Of a stretch of 32,000 nucleotides of DNA, positions 26,584 to 32,000 are shown in pieces. Source of the stretch: Hyperthermus butylicus DSM 5456 (GTDB taxonomy: Archaea; Thermoproteota; Thermoprotei_A; Sulfolobales; Pyrodictiaceae); contig NC_008818.1 in NCBI RefSeq assembly GCF_000015145.1, positions 600,001-632,000 of the forward strand. Direction: 5' to 3'. Position numbers and translations under genes: made by a program. Positions within the stretch are counted from its first letter, which is position 1, and every line of letters begins with the position of its first letter. The notes beneath the pieces were generated by a model, which was given only the letters and a program-made list of their open reading frames with translations, did not search any database and was not told the origin of the DNA.

Positions 26584-27276
26584 TTGGTGGGCTCAATATT
26601 GGTGGATTTTTCCGAGCTACATATGAAGGTAGTGGTCTCGACCCTAGGGTTTGATGAGAAGTTTGCATTGCGCGCCCTTATAGCTCATAGGCCTCGGAGA
26701 TTCTACGCGGTAGCACTCTATACTAACGAGGATGCGTGGCGCCGTATACTGAAGGCGTTTTCGCAGCTGAAACTTGTTGCCAGCCAGCTGGGTGTAGAGG
26801 CTGAGCTTGTACGCATAGACTACCGTGGTGAGGGTCTCTCTGTTCTAGCTGGTAAGATCAAAATGCTGCTTGAGGGTTATGCTGAGAATGCTGACAGATT
26901 AGTGTTGGTTCTTACTGGTGGTCCCCGAATACTGGTTTCAGCAGCCCTAGTGGCTGCAATAGCACTACCTAGACGTCTCGCCGAGAGGATTGCCGTGAGG
27001 CTTGAAGGGGAAGGCTTTGAAGCAGTCATTGTTGAGCCCCTACTGAATATCGTGCCGGTACCTCTTGATGACACGGCACGGAGAATTGTGCGTCTACTAC
27101 TTCAAGCGCTACTTGAAGGTCGAGGGGTCGGGCCTACGGAGGTTTCGCAGGAGCTGGGCATACCAAAGTCTACTGCGTACAAGAAGCTCCAGGAGCTGGT
27201 GGCTATGGGGCTTGCAAGCTATGATCCGCGGAGCCGCAGCTACCGGGCCACTGAGAGAGCCTACATTAACGCCTAG
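26584..27276 (+). CDS. csa3: Csa3 CARF + winged-HTH transcriptional regulator
   Basis: 230-aa track ORF. The Csa3 N-terminal hallmark is KVVVSTLGFDEKFALRALIAH, and the C-terminal HTH is SQELGIPKSTAYKKLQELVAMGL. The ATG at 26623 (MKVVVSTLGF) matches the usual family start better than the TTG at 26584. It is divergent from the csa5 operon. Confidence 0.85.
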   Translation: MVGSILVDFSELHMKVVVSTLGFDEKFALRALIAHRPRRFYAVALYTNEDAWRRILKAFSQLKLVASQLGVEAELVRIDYRGEGLSVLAGKIKMLLEGYAENADRLVLVLTGGPRILVSAALVAAIALPRRLAERIAVRLEGEGFEAVIVEPLLNIVPVPLDDTARRIVRLLLQALLEGRGVGPTEVSQELGIPKSTAYKKLQELVAMGLASYDPRSRSYRATERAYINA

Positions 27277-27301
27277 ACGTTACGGGAAGGGGTGACGTGA
27301 A

Positions 27302-27920
27302 GTGACGGGGAAAGGGAAGAGACGCTATTTGCTCAATACTAATGTGCCGCTATCGGCGTACTATGGTAGTCCACACGTGAAGGCGTGGTTGAGAAGACAT
27401 GGTATTGAATCCTATTATTCAGACATATTAGAGCTGGAGCTGCGGGGTCATCCAGCAAACGTCGGTGCTTGACCTGCTGAGATGGTATGGTGTTGAACGG
27501 CTGAGCACGGATAAGGGTAGACTCTATAGAGCTGCTGTTAGGTTGCTCACGCAGCATGGTCTCTCGCTCAGACTTGTATTTGACGCTATGCATGTTTTAG
27601 CAGTTAAGGAGTATGGGTTAGTTGTTGCAAGTCATGATGAAGATATGGGACGACTAGCAGGTATAGTGGGGTTGTGTATAGCAGGCCCTTGGGCAGACCC
27701 TATGGCCCACAGGATAGTGTACCCAGATCCTGCTGTGGAACGCGCAGTAAGAGAGGTGAGAGCGATAAGGAATAAGCTTGCAGAACTAGCGATACTTGCT
27801 GAGGAAGCCGGGAAGAAGGGAAAAAGGAGCGAGGCCTATAGGGTGATAGATGCTTTTCTAAACGAGGAAATAGGCTATGATGAAGCGTACTATAAGCTCA
27901 AAGCTTTAGCCAGGGCATAA
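27302..27920 (+). pseudogene. PIN-domain (VapC-like) gene split by a frameshift near 27460-27472
   Basis: An untracked 56-codon ORF 27302..27472 (GTG) reads MTGKGKRRYLLNTNVPLSAYYGSPHVKAWLRRHGIESYYSDILELELRGHPANVGA*, which covers PIN strand 1 and helix. Track ORF 27465..27920 reads LDLLRWYGVERLSTDKGRLYRAAVRLLTQHGLSLRLVFDAMHVLAVKEYGLVVASHDEDM..., which covers PIN acidic residues 3 and 4. The frames differ by 1 nt. Confidence 0.7.
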
Positions 27921-28000
27921 ACGCAAGCCTATTCACGCAACCCAAGTTTGCGGGAGCACGGTGGTAAAAACAGCCTCTGTGGAAAGGTGTAGCTTCGTTC

Positions 28001-28741
28001 TCAGCTGGTGTTACCTGTCCCCCACCCTCTATGAGTTTGTAAGACCCTCTTTCTCCTCCTGCCCTTGCTCTCGAGTTTCACGATTTCTATCCCGGGGCAT
28101 CCTGCATGTGTTCCTAACGTGCGGGCCTCCGTCAGCCCGTACTCGACACCAGGTATCTCGACAATGCGTAGAACCGGGACGTCCGGTGGAGGGCGGTTGG
28201 CCAGCTTCACTGTGCCTGGCAGCTTTAGCGCCTCCTCCCTCGGGAGCCAGTACACCCTGACCTCGATGCACCTCCGTAGTATCCTGTTTGCCTCCTCCAC
28301 AGCCTCCAGTATCGCGTTCTTCCAGTCCCCCACACCTATCTCGAAGTCATCACATGCAATATCAGGAGCTTTATGCCCTCCGGTAACTCTTGCCTCGTAC
28401 TGTTCACATACAGCACGGCTGCGAGCATATGGCTGGCCGTATGGAGCTTCATCATCCGATACCTGCGCTCCCAGTCCAGAACCACCGCACTGACAGCCCG
28501 CCTCTAGCAGCTCGGCAACGATGTGTGCTGCATCGCCAGCCTCCATAACCGCATCTGTAACCTTCACCTGTCGCCACGCCAGGTTAGAAGGTAACCCCTA
28601 GTCAGCGTCAAGCCCACCGCTTGGACATGGATGAAAAGCTGTCCCATCAAGGAACACATTGTTGTCGCCAATCCTTGTTGGGGTTGCTTCGAACTCCCTA
28701 GTGCAGATATCCTTCTGGTACAGAAGCTCGGACCCAGGCAC
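28001..28741 (-). pseudogene. AlaX-like (alanyl-tRNA editing domain-like) gene with in-frame TAG and degenerate zinc motifs
   Basis: Reading from GTG 28741 gives MPGSELLYQKDICTREFEATPTRIGDNNVFLDGTAFHPCPSGGLDAD, then TAG (28600-28598), then GLPSNLAWRQVKVTDAVMEAGDAAHIV..., which is in frame with track ORF 28001..28567. The patterns are AlaX-like: the N-terminal LYxxDxYxxEFxA...LDxTxFxPxxGG, and the C-terminal YWLPREEALKL...RIVEIPGVE...LGTHAG...IEIVKLESKGRRRKRV. Confidence 0.6.
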
Positions 28742-28944
28742 TCCCGCCTCAGCAGCAGTATGTAGCCCCGGGTGTAGGTAGGCTGCATGGCCTGCATCAC
28801 TGCTACAGCTTCACCATTCCGGATTCCCAGCCGTCTAAAACGATGTGCCTGGTAGCCAGCTGCTAACTACCTCCAATACCTGCTGAGGGCTTAGAGGATG
28901 TATGGAAGTGTGGCGGGTATGCAGCTGGCAGCCAAGGGTCTTGT

Positions 28945-29631
28945 CTATGTGCGTGCGTAGGTGCACACGCCGCGATAGCTGCAGACGCGGCATCTCCGTG
29001 GGGACACGGTGTAGTGCTGGAGCGGCTCCCCCCGCTGCAGCATCTCGTGCAGCTCCCGGGCAGCGTCCTCAACCATTTTGCGGAGCATGGGGGTCACCTC
29101 TACCTCCACAATACGGTTCCTTTCCGCCTCGTAGATGAGCGCCATCCTTAACGGGTAGCCGAGGGTCTCCTCTGCCGCCATGCCGTAGGCTGCAGCCTGG
29201 ACGCGGATGTGCAAGCTCCGCCTCTTTCCCGGCAGGCTGAGCTTAGCCTCAACCACCACCAGCGTGTCATCCGACAGTACTGCGGCCAGGTCCACCCGGC
29301 CGGCTAGGCCCAGCCTACTGCTCGTAACGGGGTGCTCCCAGAGCAGCTCCCGGGCTTCGACACGCCACCGGGCAAACACCTCTTCGAGCCGTTCCAGGAG
29401 CCTCCACCGGGTCTCACCGCTCAGCCCGCCGGCCTCCATGCTGAAGGTGGGCCTCTCAGCCCACAACACCAGCTTGTGCCATGCCGCCACGGGGCACCAG
29501 TAATACTCCTTCACCAGCACTATAGGTATCAACCGCTGAGCCTCCATGAAGCTCGCACGCCCCCACGGAGCAGGTGTAGTACGGCAAGCTGCAAAAACAC
29601 GATCCAACACGCAAGCCTTTACCGCCTGCAA
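28945..29631 (-). CDS. cas4: Cas4 RecB-like exonuclease with 4-Cys cluster
   Basis: 228-aa track ORF with an N-terminal Cys (KEYYWCPVAAWHKL), the nuclease core GRVDLAAV...VVVEAKLS, and a C-terminal CRVCSYRGVC. The ATG at 29547 (MEAQRLIPIV...) is the likelier start. Confidence 0.85.
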   Translation of the reverse strand: MQAVKACVLDRVFAACRTTPAPWGRASFMEAQRLIPIVLVKEYYWCPVAAWHKLVLWAERPTFSMEAGGLSGETRWRLLERLEEVFARWRVEARELLWEHPVTSSRLGLAGRVDLAAVLSDDTLVVVEAKLSLPGKRRSLHIRVQAAAYGMAAEETLGYPLRMALIYEAERNRIVEVEVTPMLRKMVEDAARELHEMLQRGEPLQHYTVSPRRCRVCSYRGVCTYART

Positions 29632-29742
29632 GCCTAAAGCAAAGTACTATAGCTATAACCAGCGCAATACGGCCGACGTACTGCCCGTGGATAATCACCT
29701 CGTCCAGCTCATCTACACTTGTATGTCGACGTGCCACTGTTG

Positions 29743-30057
29743 CTAGCCGATTTCTATCATTTTCCTCGTATACCTCTTATACTGCTGGAACCCCTTAGGG
29801 CCCGTTACATGGAGGTCGACGGGGTAGTCCCAGGGTAGACCCTCCTCGAAGGCTCTGAGGAGTATGCGTTTCTTCGCCTCCAGCCTCTCCCGGTGGCTGG
29901 GGTCCCGGGGGAGCACTACCAGTATGTCCAGGTCGCTCACGGCGGTGAGTCTGTCCTCGGCTGCTCAGCCTATCACGTAGACCCGGGCTTCCGGGTAGAA
30001 CTGCTTGGCCACGTGCTAGACTACTCTCACCGCTTGTTTCTGCTTGGGGTCGCTCAT
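29743..30057 (-). pseudogene. minimal nucleotidyltransferase (MNT-type), in frame with cas2 and interrupted by TAG and TGA
   Basis: Track ORF 29743..29940 begins at the acidic NTase strand (SDLDILVVLPRD). The same frame upstream reads [44 protein letters not shown]. The TGA (29967-29965) sits where the GS-motif serine is expected. Confidence 0.6.
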
Positions 30058-30303
30058 TATGCCGCCGTATACCAGCATTCTGCGGGCGTAGTCTTCCGGC
30101 ACCACGAGGGCTACGACACTGTCTGTGCGGGCGTCGACGATCCTCGATGCTGCCCGTATGGCTTCCTTGGCCTTGGTGTAGCCTCCCCTGCCCATGAAGA
30201 CGCTTCTCTGCACCCTGACGAGCCCGAGGGACTGGAGGGTCTTGGCTAGGAGGTCTCGGCGCTTGTTGTCGCTTACGTCGTAGAATACTACTACGTAGGG
30301 CAC
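30016..30303 (-). CDS. cas2: Cas2
   Basis: 95-aa track ORF (GTG start) with the hallmark N-terminus [41 protein letters not shown]-like cttttaagg on the minus strand lies about 25 nt upstream (30323-30332), consistent with a leaderless transcript. Confidence 0.9.
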
Positions 30304-30394
30304 TCCCAGCCCCTTGTGGTAATACCTTAAAAGCCTGGGGGCTTATCCCTTCCCCCGGGTAGCTCCCAGCAAAACACGTTTAGCCGCGGGAACC

Positions 30395-31219
30395 GTGGGA
30401 GCCATGGTTCTCCCGCGGAGGGTCTGGGACTACATAAGGAGCCTGGGCAGCGAGGGCCCAGTCTACGCCGAGATAAGGGGGTGGAGATTCGATTACGTGG
30501 CTCCACGGTACCGGTACCGGCCCAGCGTGAGCGAGGTGGCGAGCTACTGTCCTAGCCACCGGGACGCCTACCTCCAGCACGTCCGGGGCCTCCAGCCCCC
30601 TAGGAGCCTGCGGGCCCAGTACGGCGTCCTGGTTCACGAGTTCTTCCTGGAGCCCTTCCGCCTCGTAGACCGTGGCGCTGACAGCCTGGAGGCCCTCACG
30701 GCTGGGAAGTACAGGCTGGCCCGGAGGCTGGGGGTCAGGGCTGACCGGTTCCTAGAGAGGGTCTACGAGCTAGGCGCGATACTCGCGCTCCAGTCCCGGG
30801 TCGACGGCGACATACCGTTGCGCGTCGAGCCCCCGATACCCGGCGCCCCGGTCGGCCTCAGCGACACTGTGCGCCCCGACCTCCTCGTAGGCTTCATCCC
30901 GGTGGAGGTTACGGCTGCCGGGCCCTGGGGTACATACGGCTCCAAGAAGGAGCTCCAATTGGCTGGCTACGCTCTCGCCATAGAGGCCTGGACCGGCATC
31001 CCGGTAGATTACGGGGTCGTGGTCTATGTTACGAGGAGGAGCGATGAGCCCAGGCCGGAGTGGCGTGTCGTTGTCATCGACGATGCGTTGAGGAGGAGCT
31101 TTCTCCGGGAACGCGACGAGGTGGCAATGATAGTTGAGAACCGCGTCGACCCAGGCCCCGCGGGTGAAGGCTGCCCCTCCTGGTGCCCATTCCGTGGTGT
31201 AGAGGGCTGCCCCGGGTGA
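30395..31219 (+). CDS. csa1: Csa1 (Cas4-like nuclease of type I-A adaptation module)
   Basis: 274-aa track ORF with an N-terminal Cys (SYCPSHRD), a PD-(D/E)xK-like core (VRPDLLVGFIPVEVT) and a C-terminal Cys cluster (CPSWCPFRGVEGC). It lies directly upstream of cas1 (7-nt gap). The ATG at 30404 sits about 26 nt after a TATA-like acgtttag, so it is the likely leaderless start. Confidence 0.75.
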   Translation: MGAMVLPRRVWDYIRSLGSEGPVYAEIRGWRFDYVAPRYRYRPSVSEVASYCPSHRDAYLQHVRGLQPPRSLRAQYGVLVHEFFLEPFRLVDRGADSLEALTAGKYRLARRLGVRADRFLERVYELGAILALQSRVDGDIPLRVEPPIPGAPVGLSDTVRPDLLVGFIPVEVTAAGPWGTYGSKKELQLAGYALAIEAWTGIPVDYGVVVYVTRRSDEPRPEWRVVVIDDALRRSFLRERDEVAMIVENRVDPGPAGEGCPSWCPFRGVEGCPG

Positions 31220-31226
31220 GCCCGGG

Positions 31227-32000
31227 GTGCCGGAGGTCCTCCTCGTGGCGACGCCGGGGACACGGATCTACGTGCGCCGGGGGGTGGTCTACGCGGAGGC
31301 GCCCAGCGGCGAGAAGGCAGTTGTCACAGCTGACACGGAGCTAGTAGTGCTGGCTACGGGCTCGGTATCGGTTAGCGGCCGGGCACTGCGCCGCCTAGCG
31401 GAGCTGGGTGTGCGCCTCGTGGTTCTCGGGCAGCGGGGCCAGGTGGTGGCCGAGCACCGCCCGGTGGACAGGGTGAACCGCACCATAGAGGCCCGGATGG
31501 AGCAGTACCGCGTCAAGGCCACGGGGGAGGCACTATACTACGCCGCGGAGATGGTGTACGCGAAGATTGTGAACCAGGCCAAGCTACTGAGATACCTCGC
31601 GAAGAGCAGGAGGGAGCCCTGGCTCCGAGATGCCGGGTACCGAGTAGAGGGCCACGCCGACCGGCTACGCCAGATAATAGAGAACGAGGAGCCCACAACC
31701 CCGGAGGTGATCCGCAGCATAGAAGCCCAGGCAGCCCGGGACTACTGGGACGCGATAGCCCAGATAGCACCCACCCCCTTTCCCGGACGCCAGCCCAGGG
31801 GCGAAGACCACCTCAACATGGCCCTAAGCTACGGCTACGCGATACTCTACAGCATAGCCCACGACGCACTAACAGTGGCGGGCCTAGACCCCTACGCAGG
31901 CTTCCTACACGCAGACCGCAGCGGAAGACCAAGCCTAACATACGACTACGCAGACACCTACAAGCCAATAGCAGTCGATAAGCCACTGCTAACAGCACCG
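31227..32000 (+). CDS. cas1: Cas1 integrase, N-terminal 258 codons (continues beyond right edge)
   Basis: This gene is not in the ORF track because it has no stop in the window. Hand translation from GTG 31227 gives MPEVLLVATPGTRIYVRRGVVYAEAPSGEKAVVTADTELVVLATGSVSVSGRALRRLAELGVRLVVLGQRGQVV...NMALSYGYAILYSIAHDALTVAGLDPYAGFLHADRSGRPSLTYDYADTYKP. These are typical Cas1 motifs, and the frame has no stops to nt 32000. Confidence 0.9.
   Translation, partial: MPEVLLVATPGTRIYVRRGVVYAEAPSGEKAVVTADTELVVLATGSVSVSGRALRRLAELGVRLVVLGQRGQVVAEHRPVDRVNRTIEARMEQYRVKATGEALYYAAEMVYAKIVNQAKLLRYLAKSRREPWLRDAGYRVEGHADRLRQIIENEEPTTPEVIRSIEAQAARDYWDAIAQIAPTPFPGRQPRGEDHLNMALSYGYAILYSIAHDALTVAGLDPYAGFLHADRSGRPSLTYDYADTYKPIAVDKPLLTAP

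Noticed and set aside
29632-29737. A possible HEPN partner remnant for the MNT in the MNT-cas4 spacer (start of track ORF 29456..29737, MARRHTSVDELDEVIIHGQY...)
   Set aside because: There is no R-x4-6-H HEPN motif in a convincing context. The ORF runs out of frame into cas4, and only about 35 codons are intergenic.
28598-29967. The in-frame TAG (alaX-like) and TGA (MNT) as pyrrolysine or selenocysteine recoding
   Set aside because: No SECIS-like or PYLIS-like context is evident, and the crenarchaeal lineage inferred here is not known to use either system. A nonsense mutation or a base-call error is far more likely.

Overview
This window is GC-rich archaeal DNA. The frequent GTG/TTG starts, AGG/ATA codons, TATA-like TTTAAG promoters and 4-nt gene overlaps suggest a hyperthermophilic crenarchaeon, possibly Desulfurococcales/Aeropyrum-like; this is inference only. 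From left to right it contains: a partial hypothetical gene; a two-gene sarcosine-oxidase/proline-dehydrogenase-like flavoenzyme pair; a NusA-like Zn-ribbon/KH protein; an AT-rich islet with a small membrane-anchored Cys protein; truD; a vapBC pair; an AmmeMemoRadiSam-type radical SAM gene; a membrane protein; pcm; a KaiC-like ATPase; pstSCAB; and a 1417-1479 aa MMPL/RND membrane protein with a very large ectodomain. The right 12 kb is a subtype I-A (Apern/Csa) CRISPR-Cas locus. Its interference operon runs csa5-cas7-cas5-cas8a2(csa4)-cas3'-cas3'' on the minus strand, with csa3 divergent from it. The adaptation genes are cas4, cas2, csa1 and cas1; cas1 is truncated by the window edge and is missing from the ORF track. 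Between the two modules sit a PIN gene, a degenerate AlaX-like gene and a minimal nucleotidyltransferase. I found no CRISPR array, cas6, tRNA, rRNA or transposase in the window. The main observation is that at least seven conserved genes have broken reading frames. truD, pstA, cas3' and the PIN gene are frameshifted. The conserved N-terminus of the radical SAM gene has no canonical start. The alaX-like gene has an in-frame TAG, and the MNT has an in-frame TGA at the position expected for its conserved GS-motif serine. The MNT also lies in the same frame as cas2. Other points worth checking are a recurrent AAGTTTGCG motif with nested palindromes around csa3 and the cas promoters, and a possible small RNA in the 410-bp AT-rich cas intergenic region. 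I cannot tell from the sequence alone whether the frame disruptions are biological or sequencing errors.
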